From assembly GCA_030390025.1 (NCBI GenBank), contig CM059425.1:169448001-169512000 (forward strand): a stretch of DNA of 64,000 nt. The letters run 5' to 3'. The notes below the pieces were generated by a model. The model saw nothing but the letters and a program-made list of their open reading frames with translations, had not been told where the DNA came from and searched no databases. The translations under genes and the position numbers were made by a program. This stretch comes from Squalus acanthias (lineage: Eukaryota). Shown piece after piece: positions 10,760 through 23,907 of this stretch (its first letter is position 1; each line of letters opens with the position of its first letter).

Positions 10760-10930
10760 AAATTTTCAGCACAGAAACAGGCCATTCAGCCCAACTGGTC
10801 TGTGCTGGTGTTTATGCTCCACATGAGCCTCCTCCCACCCTACTTCATCTAACCCTATCAACATACCCTTCTATTCCTTTCTCCCTCATGCACTTATCTA
10901 TCTTCCCCTTAAAGACATCTATGCTATTTA
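10760..10930 (-). mobile_element. CR1-type 3' tail fragment
   Basis: CAGCACAGAAACAGGCCATTCAGCCCAACTGGTC...TATCTATCTTCCCCTTAAA resembles the other CR1 tails in the window. Confidence 0.6.
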
Positions 10931-12460
10931 ATATATATTACTTTTTATATTGTTATTCATCTTGGACCCTTCAATTAAACATCATTTCAAAAGCAATGAC
11001 ACTATTAATTGATTTCATAAATGATTTTTTTGAAACATCTTAATTTCATGTTTATTATTTTTTATAGAATATAACCCACAGAAATTAAAACCTTGCTGCA
11101 AAATGTTGTGCCATGTATTTGCTTTTGCATGGTGATTAACAATGAGATGCATTTGAATTGTATGACCCTTATCTCAGGCACTTTGTGCAGTTTAAAACTG
11201 ATGTAACAGCAGTATGCTCGTATATATATTTTGTCTTGTGGAAAGAAAGGCATGAGACACTTTGAAAACACTGGAATGAGGCAAGATTTACAATGCAGAT
11301 CAATAGGAGGCTTTTGATTGGTGAACTGTATCCCAGTTTACATAGCCCACAGGGTTTCAAAGGGTAAGAAGACATAGTTAAATGTATCTGAAAATCGGTA
11401 AAGATTCAACATAACTGAACAAACAACAACATTCTAAGGATACGTTTTAAATTCGCATATTTCAACTGAAAGCTGTAGAATGTAAAAAAGTAGCTTACGA
11501 AAAACAAATTCAAAAGCAGAACAAAATGTTCACTAAAAGAAATATAAAATGGCTCAAACTGAACTACAGTGTATATATGAATGGCTATACAGTGAATGAT
11601 CCAGCTGGGTTTATGCTGGAATAGAGAACTTAAATACTCAGCTCTCAACCCAGTGTTTAATCTCTGTCTTTCATTCCTGCATAAAACCTGGAGAGCCATT
11701 GACTATAGCCTTCCTACTGATTGAGAGCATTCGGAGACAGTAGTATGTTGTGTTAGAAAACACTGTTCCTTTATCTCTGGGACCTGGGTTCTGTCCTTTT
11801 GCCTCCGGGACTTCTGTTCAGGACAAACCCAAACAATATGATTGAATTTCCTCTCTCTGAAAGCTATTTGGGGCTCTCAATAAAATGACCCTGGATATTC
11901 TCTCAACTAGTTACTAGTGAATTAATAAACATGAACACCACCCTGAATTCTGGAACGAAAGTGACTTGAATTGGACAATTCAAACTAATTTGCCAAATTC
12001 CCAAATTTATCACAATTTAGCTTTAGATTTGCCTATCCCTTCACATAAACAATCCCAATAACCAGGCAGATGGCCAAAATGTTTCTTTGTGCCTGCATAT
12101 CATCATTTTACCTATCCTACCACTTCACAGAATAGTTGGTTTAAGCCAAAGTAGCATGGGTAAGACATATCTTCCCTATGACTTAAAGGGGTACTTCTAT
12201 GTGAAAAGCGATTGGCAGGCTTCTTATTGGTTTCCATCACCATGACATTATAGGCGTGATTTTGTGATCCGCTGTTCGCAGCGGGGAGCTGTGCTCAAAG
12301 AGACCTTTATGTCGGGAAATTGTGGACATGTAGCCATGATGTTCAGTCCATTATGGGTGTAAAGTTGTGGACTGCACATCTGCAGTTTCCCAAGATGTGC
12401 TGGCTGCAAGCGGTGTACCAGACCTAGAGTAACATAAGCACGAGACTAATCGGAGATTGT

Positions 12461-13588
12461 GGAGGGAATGTTAACTCCAAAAAATAGGTGGGTTGGGTTC
12501 GGATGGGAAGTTAAAGTGTTAAAAAATTGAATCCGACCACAACCTGCCTCCAACCTGTCCACTTCTGGTTTTAACGGAGGTTGGACGGGGGACGGACAGC
12601 CACCCCGCTCCCAGGAGGCGGGTCACCCATTTAAATTTTATAATGAGGCTGGCGTGCCTCAGATTTAACCAGCATTACAAATAACTGTGGCTGGCCGGGT
12701 TTCAAAGGCCTCAGGCAACCCACCAGCTAAAGTAAGGCGAGGACTACTGGATCCAGGAGGTAAGTGCCTTTACACTTACCTCCTGGATCCAGCGACCCTG
12801 CCTCACCCACCCCCTGTTATCAGAGACCCCCCACAAGGCCTCCGATTCCCCCCACCAGGCCTCCGATCCCTCCCAGGCCTCTGATTCCGCACCCCCCCCC
12901 GCCCCCACGAGGCCTCTGATCGTCTTCCCGGACTCCTCCGCACCGATGATCCTCAGGCTGGCCCTGTTCCTCTCCCCGCCCCCACCGATGCTCCGGCCCC
13001 GACCTTCACTCTCTCCCCCCCGATGCGCTGGCGCCGATATTCTCTCCCTCTCCCCTGACGCCCCGGAGTCCGGTCCCAATCTTCTCTCCCTCCCCCCCAT
13101 GCTCCGGCCACAATCTTCTCTCCCCCGATGCTCCGGAGTGCGGCCCGATGTTCTCTCCCTCCCCCCAATGCTCTGGAGTCCGGCCCCAATGTTCTCTCCC
13201 TCCCCACCGATGCTCCGGCCTAATCTTCTCTCCCCCGATGCTCTGGAGTCCGGCCCCAATGTTCTCCACCCCCCACCCGCACCCCGATGCTCCGGCCCCG
13301 ATGCTTCCCTCCCTCCCTCCCCCCGATCCTCCTTCAGCCCCCAACCACCCCCCGGTTCCCACCCGATCCCTCCCTCCCTCCTACCTGTGGCCTAGTGCCG
13401 CAGGCCTACCCCCCCAGCCCCCCACCCCCCCACAACCCCGCAGCCAGCCAGCCTCTCAATCTGGCTGGCTGCGGGTGGGAAACAAAGGTTTGAAATGCTA
13501 ATCAGGCCCTGCCATTAAATTCGGCAGGGCCTGCGAGAAATCCATTCCCCCGGGTTTCCCAACCCGCCTCCCGATTAAAATTCTGGCC
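12461..13588. mobile_element. Harbinger-type MITE (family B) with internal minisatellite; TGT TSD
   Basis: Degenerate TIRs GGAGGGAATGTTAA / TTAAAATTCTGGCC; TGT at 12458-12460 and 13589-13591; similar in inverted orientation to 42198-42992. Confidence 0.75.
12960..13330. repeat. C-rich degenerate minisatellite, ~30-40-bp units (CCGATGCTC(TGGAGT)CCGGCCC...TTCTCTCCCTCCCCC)
   Basis: Recurrent CCGATGCTCCGGCC and TTCTCTCCCTCCCC blocks. Confidence 0.8.
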
Positions 13589-14599
13589 TGTGAGTGACAT
13601 AACAGAAAGAAATTGGTCCTGCATGTATGCAAGCACTAACCTCAGCTCAGGAGCATGCCATTAACAGATTCAGTGTGCAGTATTCAACTGTGATTAATGG
13701 CATGTTTTGTGGCTTCTTTTAAACAAATGGATTTTAAACAAAATGTGGGGACCTTAATTTAATGTGTAAGAAACTCATATCTTTATTTACTTTCCTTGTG
13801 ACTAATTAGAAATAAAGTACAAAACTCATAATTGCAAACCAAATAAAACTTCTAGCTGGGCTAAGTTTATATTCCTTTACAATCACAGCTGAGGTCATTA
13901 ACTGAGGTCACTGCCGCACAGATCATTAACACTGAAGTCTATTTTGAGAAACAATAGGGCTAGATTTCCTCTTTATTTTAAAAAGGACAAATGCTCATTT
14001 TTTAGCTTAATTTATGACCTGATAATAAAATCGTGGGAACCTGCAGTTTTGAAACATGCACTTCCTGAAAATGTGGTTTTATTAGCCACAATGAAAAATG
14101 AACAATGATTCTTTCATGCTTGTACCTGTAATAATGATCCTTTAATGCTTCTAAAGCAACTAATGAGCCACAGGACTGTTATAACTGTTCAAAAGTTTAA
14201 TATAACTGTGAAGTGCACAGTATTTATGGATAATGGCCATGTATGTCCTGATAACCTTTGCAATAGATTGTTGCATTCAGCTGATATTAAGGAGGAAACA
14301 AGTGCGGTCATCTGTCTGTGAAAGAATAAAGTTATGGTAACTGCTCAGAGAATCTGGCAGGAGGTAAGGAATAAGTTGTGCAACTTAAAGAAGAGTACTG
14401 AGAAGGCACAACTATTGCCATAAAGCAGCAGCACAAGATATGAAGGTAAGTAATAGTTATATATGCAAAAAGTGCTGTACTGGCATGGAGGAATGTTAGC
14501 AAGGATACAGTAAGTAAACTAGTAGACATGAGAGTAGTGTGCAATAGATGGTGGAGCCCAGATATTAAACAACTTACTACTCATGAGGAAGCAATAGTT

Positions 14600-17293
14600 G
14601 ATTAATTCGGGATGGCTTATAAGATCTACAGGAAGGATAGGGAATTTGGTTGAGGGGAAGGAGTAGCATTAGTGATTAAGGATTAAATTGCTTCTATAAT
14701 AAGAGATGATATAACGAGAGGTAAGCAGGCTTTTTGTGTAGAATTAAGAAATAGAAAAGGATTTGAGACTGTAGTGAGAGTTGTGTATAGGCCCTCTGGT
14801 AGCAGCTGTGAAGTGGCAGAATGTATTAATGCAGAGATTAGACAAGCATGTAGTAAAGGCAGAGTGGTTTTAATGGGGGATTTTAACTTCCATATAGATT
14901 GGAATAAACAGACAAGTTCATGTCAGAAAAGTAGTGAATTTCTTGAGTGTGTTCAGGACAGTTTTCTGCAGCAATATGTCCTACAGGGGGCAGGCCTTAT
15001 TACATTTAATAATGAGTAATGAGCCAGATTTAGTTAGCAGCCTAATGGTACGTGAACCTTTATCTAATAGCGATCATAACATGATCGAGTTCAAAGTTGT
15101 GTTTGAAAGGGAGAAACGCAAAACAGCTACTAAGATTCTAGATTTAGGATGCGACAGAGACTGTACACAGCAAACTGGGCAAATCTGTTAATGGATAAAA
15201 TGACAGAAGATCAGTGGGAGATGTTCAAAAAAGAATTTAACTTGATACAGGAGCAATTTATACCCCTAAGGGGCAAGAGCTCTACTTGCCAAAAAAAAGC
15301 CATGGATGAATAAAGAGGTATGAGACAACATAAAACTAAAAGAAAAAGCATACAAGAATGGAAAAAATAGCACAGTTCCTGGCGAATGGGAGAGATGCAA
15401 AGAACAACAAAGGGTGACAAAACAGAAGGTAAGAGCTACAAAAAGGGAGTATGAAAAGAAGCTTGCAAGGGATATCAAAATCAACACAAAAAACTTTTAC
15501 AATTATATAAGGAAAAAGAGAGTGGTCAGGAGCAATGTTGGCCCCTTAAAAACTGATAACGATATTATAAATGAAAATAAGGAAATGGTGGACATGTTAA
15601 ATAATTACTTTGTATCAGTATTTACAGTAGAGGAAGAGGATAGTATCCCAAGGAAACTAATATTGAGTCAGGGACGGGGACTCACATAAGCAAATTAACT
15701 GTAATGAAGAAAATAATGGTACTCAAGCGTGACAAATCCCCAGGACCAGATGGTTTTCATCCCAGGGCTTTTAAAGGAAGTAGGTGAGAACATTGCAGAT
15801 GCCCTAACTATAATCTTCCAAAGTTCTCTCGATTCAGGAACCATTCCTTTAGATTGGAAAATTGCACATGTCACTCTGCTATTTAAGAAAGGTGAGTGAG
15901 GGAAACCAGGGAATTATAGATCGGTCAGCCTAACATCTGTTGTCGAAAAATTACAGAGTCTTTAATTAAGGATGGAGTGACTGAACACCTTGAAAATTTT
16001 CAGCTGATCAGAGAGAGCCAGCATGGATTTGTAAAGGGTAGGTCATGCCTGATGAACCTGATTGAATTATTTGAGGAGATGACTAAAGTAGTGGACAGGG
16101 GAATGTCTATGGATGTTATTTATATGGGCTTCCAGAAGGCATTCCATAAAATCCCTCATAAGAGACTGTTAGCTAAAGTTGAAGCTCATGGAATTGATGG
16201 CAAATTATTGAGCTGGTTAGGTGATGGGCTGAGTGGCAGGAAACAGAGCGTAGGGATCATGGGCAGGTATGCTAATTGGCAGGATGTGACTAGTGCCGTC
16301 CCACAGGGATCTGTGTTGGGGCCTCAACTATTCATTGTATTTATTAATGACTTAGATCATGGGATAAAGAACCACATATCCAAATTTCCCGATGATATAA
16401 AGGTAGGCGGCATTGTAAGCAGTGTAGATGGAAGCACAAATGGACCTATTTCCCTTAGCAGGGAGGTCAATAACGAGGGTGAATATATTTAAAGTAATTG
16501 GTAGAAGGATTAGCGAGGTGTTGAGGAGAACTTTTCTCACCCAGAGGGTGGTGGGGGAATGGAACTCACTCCCTCAAAGGGTGGTAGAAGCAGAAACCCT
16601 CAATGCATTTAAAAAGTACTTTGAAGTGTCGTAACCTACAGGGCTACGGACCAAGAACTGGAAAGTGGGATTAGGCTGGATAGCTCTTTCATCCGGCACA
16701 GACACGATGGGCTGAATGGCCTCCTTCTCTCCCATAAATTTCTATGATAAAATTACAAAGAGATATTAAGTGAATGGGCAAAACTGTGGCAAATGGATTT
16801 CAATATAGACAAGTGTGAGATCATCCACTTTGGACGTAAAAAGGATAGATCAGAGTACTTTCTAAATGGTGAAAAGCTAGAAGCAATGGAGGTCCAAAGA
16901 GACTTAGGGGGTCCATGTACATAGATCATTAAAATGTCATGGACTGGTACAAAAAATAATCAAAAAGGCTAATGGAATGCTGGCCTTTATATCTAGAGGA
17001 CTAGAGTACAAGGAGGTAGAAGTTATGCTGCAGCTATACAAAGCCCTGGTTAGCCCACACCTGGAGTACTGTGTTCAGTTCTGGGCATCACACCTTAGGA
17101 AGGATATATTGGCCTTGGAGGGAGTGCAGTGTCGATTTACTAGAATGATACCTGGACTTCAAGGATTAAATTACGAGGCGAGATTACTCAAATTAGGGTT
17201 ATATTCCCAGGAATTTAGAAGATTAAGGGGTGATTTGATCGAAGTTTTCAAGATATTAAGGGGCACTGATAGGGTAGATAGAGAGAAACTATT
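14600..17293 (+). mobile_element. Degraded CR1 LINE ORF2 (APE and RT) with a second CR1 3' end nested at about 16434-16747
   Basis: [43 protein letters not shown], with many stops and frameshifts; the host sequence GGAAGCA|TAAAATTACAAAG is split by the nested tail. Confidence 0.88.
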
Positions 17294-17339
17294 TGTGAAC
17301 ACTTTCTCATGAACACTGATCACGCACAAATGCATAGAG

Positions 17340-18715
17340 CATGTAATGACAATACAATGAGGGACAGAATTAGTCTCCACTTGGAGAGGCAAGGATTAAT
17401 CAGGGATAGTCAGCACGGCTTTGTCAGGGGGAGATCATGTCTAACCAATTTGATTGAATTTTTCGAGGGGGTGACTAGGTGTGTGGATGAGGGTAGTGCA
17501 GTTGATGTAGTCTACATGGACTTCAGTAAGGCTGAGGGTAGTGCAGTTGATGTAGTCTACATGGACTTCAGTAAGGCTTTTGACAAAGTCCCACATGGGA
17601 GACTGGTCAAGAAGGTAAGAGCCCATGGGATCCAGGGCAATTTGGCACATTGGATCCAAAATTGGCTTAGTGGCAGGAGGCAGAGGGTGATGGTCGAAGG
17701 TTGTTTTTGTGACTGGAAGCCTGTGTCCAGTGGTGTACCGCAAGGATCGGTGCTGGGTCCTTTGCTGTTTATAGTGTACATTAATGATTTAGATATGAAT
17801 GTAGGAGGTATGATCAGTAAGTTCGCAGATGACACGAAAATTGGTGGAGTGGTAAATAGCGAGGAGGGAAGCTTCAGGCTACAGGACGATATAGATGGGT
17901 TGGTCAGATGAGCAGAACAGTGGCAAATGGAATTTAACCCTGAAAAGTGTGAGGTGATGCATTTTGGGAGGACTAACAAGGCAAGGGAATACACAATGAA
18001 TGGTAGGACCCTAGGAAGGACAGAGGATCAGAGGGACCTTGGTGTGCATGTACGTAGATCCCTGAAGGCAGCAGGACAGGTAGATAAGGTGGTTAAAAAG
18101 GCATATGGGATACTTGCCTTCATTAGCCGAGGCATAGAATGTAAGAGCAGGGAGGTTATGATGGAGCTGTACAAAACGCTAGTTAGGCCACAGCTGGAAT
18201 ACTGTGTGCAGTTTTGGTCGCCACACTATAGGAAGGATGTGATTGCATTGGAGAGGGTGCAGAGGAGATTCACCAGGATGTTACCTGGGCTGGAGCGCTT
18301 CAGCTATGAGGAGAGACTGGACAGGCTGGGGTTGTTTTCCTTGGAGCAGAGAAGGCTGAGGGGGGACCTGATTGAGGTGTACAAAATTATGAGGGGCATA
18401 GATAGGATAGATAGAAAGGAACTTTTCCCCTTAGTAGAGGGGTCAATAACCAGGGGCATAGTTTCAAGGTAAGGGGCAGGAGGTTTAGAGGGGATTTGAG
18501 GAAAAACTTTTTCACCCAGAGGGTGGTTGGAATCTGGAACTCACTGCCTGAAAGGGTGGTAGAGGCAGGAACCCTCACAACATTCAAGAAGCATTTAGAT
18601 GAGCACTTGAAACACCATAGCATACAAGGCTACGGACCAAGTGCTGGAAAATGTGATTAGAATAGACAGGGCTTGATGGCCAGCGCGGACACGATGGGCC
18701 TCTTTCTATGACTCT
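17340..18715 (+). mobile_element. 5'-truncated CR1 LINE (RT and tail)
   Basis: QHGFVRGRSCLTNLIEFFE...[11 protein letters not shown]...KFADDTK...LVRPQLEYC; TGA in place of a Trp at 17909; CTATGACTCTAT tail. Confidence 0.9.
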
Positions 18716-19199
18716 ATAATATCCAAAAGTGCTTATGCACAAGGGGCATATTTTACAAGGCCCTGCACCATTGCTGGGTTCTCTTACAGTGGGCTGGAAT
18801 CACAGGTTTTCTGTGCATTGATTCAATAGATAGAAAATGATTGGCAGCTTGGCCACAATTTTGGAATCACTGCCCCCCTTGTGCGAGGCTTTGCTATTGG
18901 CATAGGAGCTCACAATATTTCCCCCATACTGCACCATCTCATCTCATAATCTCAAAAGAAAAGAAGAACATTCTGCTGAAAATACATCTAACTGATGGGA
19001 GGCTAATGCCAGGGGAACTCCTCGTGTTGTTATTTCCTGCCCCTCATATACCGCTGGCCTTGTAAGGGGCAGGCTGAGGTTCTACCCCTTTAGAAGGCCT
19101 TGTGGAATCCCCACCATAAGGCCCAGACCCAGCATATCTAGGTCTCAGCCTAATTTACAGGCCTTCCAGCACACACCCACCAGAGCCATGGCAGGAGTG

Positions 19200-20310
19200 C
19201 ACCTGAAGCCGACAAATCCCCATGACCTGATGGCCTACATCCCAGGGTTCTAAAAGAGGTGGCTGCAGAGGTAGTGGATGCATTGGTTGTGATCTTCCAA
19301 AAATCCCTAGATTCTAGAACGGTCCCAGCAGTTTGGAAGGTAACAAATGCAACCCCGCTATTCAAGAAAGGAGGGAGAGAGAAAACAGGGAACTACAGGC
19401 CAGTTAGCCTGACATCAATGCTGGAATCCATTATTAAGGAAGTGATAACAGGGCACTTAGAAAATCATAATGTGATTAGGCAAATTCAACATGGTTTTAT
19501 GAAAGGGAAATAATTTTTAACTAATTTATTGGAGTTTTTTGAGGATGTAACTAACAGGGTAGATAGAGGGGAACCAGTGGATGTAGTATATTTGGATTTC
19601 CAAAAGGCATTCGATAAGGTGCCACATAAAAGGTTGCTACGCAAGATAAGGGCTCATGGGGTTGAGGGTAATATATTAGCATGGATAGAGGATTGGTTAA
19701 CGGACAGAAAACAGAGAGTAGAGATTAACGGGTCATTTTCTAGTTGGCAGGCTGTAACTAGTGGGGTGCTGCAAGGATCAGTGCTTGGGCCTCAGCTATT
19801 TACAATCTATATTAATAACTTAGATGAAGGGACCGAGTGTAATGTATCCAAGTTTGCTGATGATACAAAGCTAGGTGGGAAAGTAAGCTGTGAGGAGGAC
19901 ACAAAGAGCCTGCAAAGGGATATAGACAGGTTAAGTGAGTGGGCAATAAGGCGGCAGATGGTGTATAATGTGGGGAAATATGAGGTTATTCACTTTAGTA
20001 GGAAGAATAGACAAACAGAATATTTTTTAAATGGTGAGAAACTTTTAAATGTTGGTGTTCAGAGAGATTTAGGTGTCCTCATACAGGAAACACAGAAAGT
20101 TAGCATGCAGGTACAGCAAGCAATTAGGAAGGCAAATGCTATGCTGGCCTTTATTGCAAGGGGGTTGGAGTACAAGAGTAAGGAAGTCTTACTACAATTG
20201 TACAGGGCCTTGGTGAGACCACACCTGGTGTACTGTGCACAATTTTGGTCTCCTTATCTGAGAAAGGACATACATGCCTTAGAGGCAGTGCAACAAAGGT
20301 TCACTAGATT
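19200..20310 (+). mobile_element. CR1 LINE RT fragment, truncated at both ends
   Basis: [44 protein letters not shown]. Confidence 0.9.
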
Positions 20311-20379
20311 TGGCCATTGTCATTTAACTCTGTGCCTACATTTTCACCCTTCTCTGTTTGAATCTGACTTCTGACCTCC

Positions 20380-21680
20380 CAATAGCACTTGGACTACACT
20401 AATTAAAAGCGCCAATGACATCTTATGTGGCTCAAGCACAGTTCATTATTCTTTCCCATCCTCTTTGGCTTTTCCTACACTTTCAACAACATTGATAATT
20501 CAATTCTTCTTCACTGTTCTCCTGCAAGGTATATCTTCATGGCATTGCTCCCATGTTTCCATTCCTATTTTTCTAAAAAAACAGTTACTTCATCTCCTTG
20601 AACAGTTTCTCTCACCATGCTCAAATGGTCATCTGCAGTTTGTCCTCAAACTCTATCTTAGGTTTTCTTATATTTATCATGTAAATGTTATCCCTCAGTG
20701 AAACCATTCACACCACTAAGATCAATTTTGAGATGTATGCTGATAACATTCTTTTCTACCACTTTGACACCAACATCGCCGCCAAGGCTGCCACAGTACT
20801 ACATGTAATAGCTCTGGATGGGTCACAATTTCCTCTAGCTGAATATTTACAAAACCGATGCCATCCTGGTAACTCCTGAGTACTTTTGGTAATGTTTCCA
20901 TCAACCTCCCTGTGCCCAGTGGATCAGGTGGTGTAAGTCCTCAGTGTCTGGTTCAACCTCAAACTAACCTTAAGTGTCAGCCTTGGCTCAGCTGGTAGCA
21001 TTCTCGCCTCTGAGTCAGAGAGTCATGGGTCCAAGCCCTATTCTACAGACCTGAGCGCATAATCTAGGCAGACATTTCAGTGCACTAGTGACGGAGCACT
21101 TCACTGTCGGAGGTGCCATCTTCAGATGAGATGTTAAATCATGGCCCTGTCTGCTCTTTCAGGTGGTTTTCAATCCTCTACCCTTCACAAACTCCAAATA
21201 ATCCCAAACTCTGATGCCATTTTGCATATTAGATTGCATACTCTTATTAACCCACTTATGCCAAGCTCCACTAGCTCTATCACACAGTATATCAATTTCA
21301 AGGTTCTGTACTTGTTTTCAAATTCCTTCATGGCTTTGCCCCTTCCTATATGAACATTTTCTCTAATTGTATGTACCCGTATATACCCTTCTACTCATCC
21401 AACCCTAGCTTACTACTTGTTCCTCACTCCCTCCACTTTACCATCAGTGGCTGATCCTTCAGTCACTATGCTCATACCCTCCGCAACTGTATCTTTAAAC
21501 CAATCCACCTTACCACTTCTCTCACTCCTATCAAAAGCCTTGTAAAAAGCTAGCTTTTTTTCCCGGGCTTTCATTTTCTTCCCACTTAATTTCACCCATC
21601 ACCATTTGGTATTTTCTTTCTTCTCATTGTTAAGCATCCTGAGACATTCTCCTGCATGAGGGGCGTTGTCAGTTGTTGTA
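20380..21680 (+). mobile_element. Highly decayed L2-like LINE remnant
   Basis: MYADNILFY (YADD-like), STLHKLQII.N, INFKVL, and an L2-like 3' end (TAAGCATCCTGAGACATT...AGTTGTTG). Confidence 0.55.
20974..21166 (+). mobile_element. tRNA-derived Deu-domain SINE (SacSINE1-like)
   Basis: A box TGGCTCAGCTGGTAG, decayed B box GGTCCAAGCCC, then GGAGGTGCCATCTTCAGATGAGATGTTAAA...GGCCCTGTCTGCTCTTTCAGGTGG, a Deu-domain-like core. Confidence 0.65.
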
Positions 21681-23174
21681 AAGACTGACTTTTTTCTCAC
21701 TTTCCAATGATAGTTGTTCATCCATTTTTGGAGGAGTGGGGATCCTCACATCAATGCTAAACATGGGTAAATAGTTCATTAGCACATTCTACCAAAATGA
21801 CACCACTTTTCATTCATGTCTACTTTCTTGCTAAAATTAGCAAAGCCATTTTGACTGTTTTTTAACCTATTATTTCCCCTGCTTCCTCCTGTGAATATGT
21901 TCACCATACAGCAAGTTACAGAGTATCTACCAGGTTTAAAGATAGAGATGATGGTGGATTTCTTTTGTACAAGGTGCTCTGTGTGACCCTCCCTGCAGGC
22001 GAGATCTGTGACATCATCAGATCATAAGTAAACTGTCAAAATGTAGAACTCAAAGCAGATGCCTGAATGTAAAGGTTTGAGTTATTTTTATTATGTGTGC
22101 TGCAAAAAGATCCAGGCCTTCGTTTTCCCCTTGACGCAAAGGCACCAATGGATGGTTTGCATCAGTCACAACATCCCAGGAATTTTCTCCCACTACAGCA
22201 TTTATAATACTTATACAATTTGGCCCATTTAATTGGAAATAATATACATTTAGATTAAATTCTGCTTAAAAAACCTCTCCACACATTCTCATAACTTAAC
22301 CTTCAGTCTCCAAATATACTGGAAATATATCAGGAATTATACAGTGACACGTACTAAGTATATTAAATGGGATTGAGGTAAAATTGAATTTTAACAAGGC
22401 ACAAGCCTCACGCTGCAAGTGATTTGTACCTTCTACTGAGGAACAAAGCAGGCTTGCTTTAGGTCAAGAGGTTGTAGTTATGTTGATGAAAATCCTGAGG
22501 AGATTGCATTACTCTAGAGTTCTTGTATGAAGAGAAGGTGTTATGGTAAATGTATGAGCCACTTAAAGGTGACTCAAGTTTCTGAGGAAGTCTGGCGATA
22601 GCGCTGAGAGATGAAAGATTTAATGGAAATTTGCATGAATGGCACGTATGTGAAAAATAAATTAAAATAGAATATAAATCTCCCTTTCCCAAAAGGGTTT
22701 CTGTATTCAAGCCAAGAGCATTCCTTTCTCTTTGTTTAAGCTGTTTTATAATGCTGGTTTAACAGTCTTGTGTTTTCCTAAGTACTGGCGATTTGATTTG
22801 CTGCTATCAAATTCCCACGATGAAATTAGATACACCATTTACACATTCAACTATTACAGCTAATGACCAACTCTTGTACTTGAACTTAATCGCCATTCTG
22901 TAGTCAAATAAACAAGTGTTTGGAATGTTAATGATGTTTTACTAATCCCCCATCTGCACTGAGAGGTGTGAGTTCAACAGAATTACATTTGACTCTTTGA
23001 TGCTACAATGTTTATGTTAAGGAGAAAATAGTTTACATTAGCAGTGTAAAAAGGCATCTTACAACATAGTAAAGCAAGTCCCAGCAGTATCTAACTCCAT
23101 TGGAATGCAGTGAATGTGATGTGTAATTAATGAAAGGAGTTGTTGAACTTTTAATAATAACTTCTCTTTTACAG

Positions 23175-23289
23175 TTTAGTGTTCTCCTTGGTGGGACTGT
23201 ACTTCATCAACAATCTTTCCAGGAAAACTTATCACATGTCAGAAGGTCCAGATGCTGCAAAAGAGCTTAACAGAAGGAAGAAGACCTGA
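23175..23289 (+). CDS. KRTCAP2: Terminal coding exon of a KRTCAP2/KCP2-like protein (oligosaccharyltransferase accessory subunit family); orthologue or paralogue unresolved
   Basis: Acceptor CTTCTCTTTTACAG (AG at 23173-23174). In phase 2 it reads (x)LVFSLVGLYFINNLSRKTYHMSEGPDAAKELNRRKKT*, against human KRTCAP2 (C)FIFSMVGLYYINKISSTLY...KKRN recalled from memory. AATAAA at 23328-23333. Confidence 0.75.
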
Positions 23290-23327
23290 AGCAAAGCAAC
23301 ATTTTTTTGTGAAGTACAGAAAGTGTC

Positions 23328-23333
23328 AATAAA
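23328..23333 (+). promoter_or_regulatory. Polyadenylation signal of the KRTCAP2-like gene
   Basis: AATAAA 39 nt after the stop codon. Confidence 0.6.
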
Positions 23334-23907
23334 ACTATTCACAGCATCCAAATTGAAAGCATGGCGAACGTGTTTTTCCAATGTACATGAAGTAGGAGAT
23401 AATGTAAGGGGAACTTATTGAATAGGGGTGGACCAGCAGCTGTAGGGGGAAAGCAATGGACTCTCAGTCTGGGAAGTCATAGGTTGAAATCCTGTTGTGT
23501 GATGAAATTGTTTGCATACACCACACTCCTATGCTGAATTTTTGTCTTGTCTGGGGACAGGAGTCAGGAGCTCGATTTTGAGCATGATTTTATATGACAA
23601 TAGGTTTCACATAGATAAGCCCTGAGTGAGCAAGGTGTATCTTGTGTGCATCAAGTGACCACAGCTGAAAGACAAAAGTTGGTTTTGGGCAGAAAAGTGG
23701 CAATTCAACACCTCCTGCCTCCCCTCCAATGAATGTAACCAAATGCCCTGTACATGGGTAGCAACATTTGGGAAGCAACAAGAGTTACATATGGTTATAT
23801 GTGCTAATTGAAAACCCATTTAAATTTTGAAGCATGATATTTCTAAACCAAAATAAATGAGTGACACTCCTAATGAATGAGACACGACAGGGCAATGTGT
23901 ACATCAC

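Noticed and set aside
12960..13330. CRISPR-like repeat-spacer array
   Set aside because: Degenerate tandem units without unique spacers; eukaryotic context and no cas genes.
12744..13501. Overlapping Pro- or Gly-rich ORFs
   Set aside because: By-products of a C-rich minisatellite inside a MITE.
13889..13910. CTGAGGTCA direct repeat as a nuclear-receptor element
   Set aside because: Non-canonical 7-bp spacing of AGGTCA, a single short instance, and no supporting evidence.
20980..21050. tRNA gene (also 55470-55541)
   Set aside because: The A and B boxes belong to SINE heads followed by SINE bodies; no intact cloverleaf.
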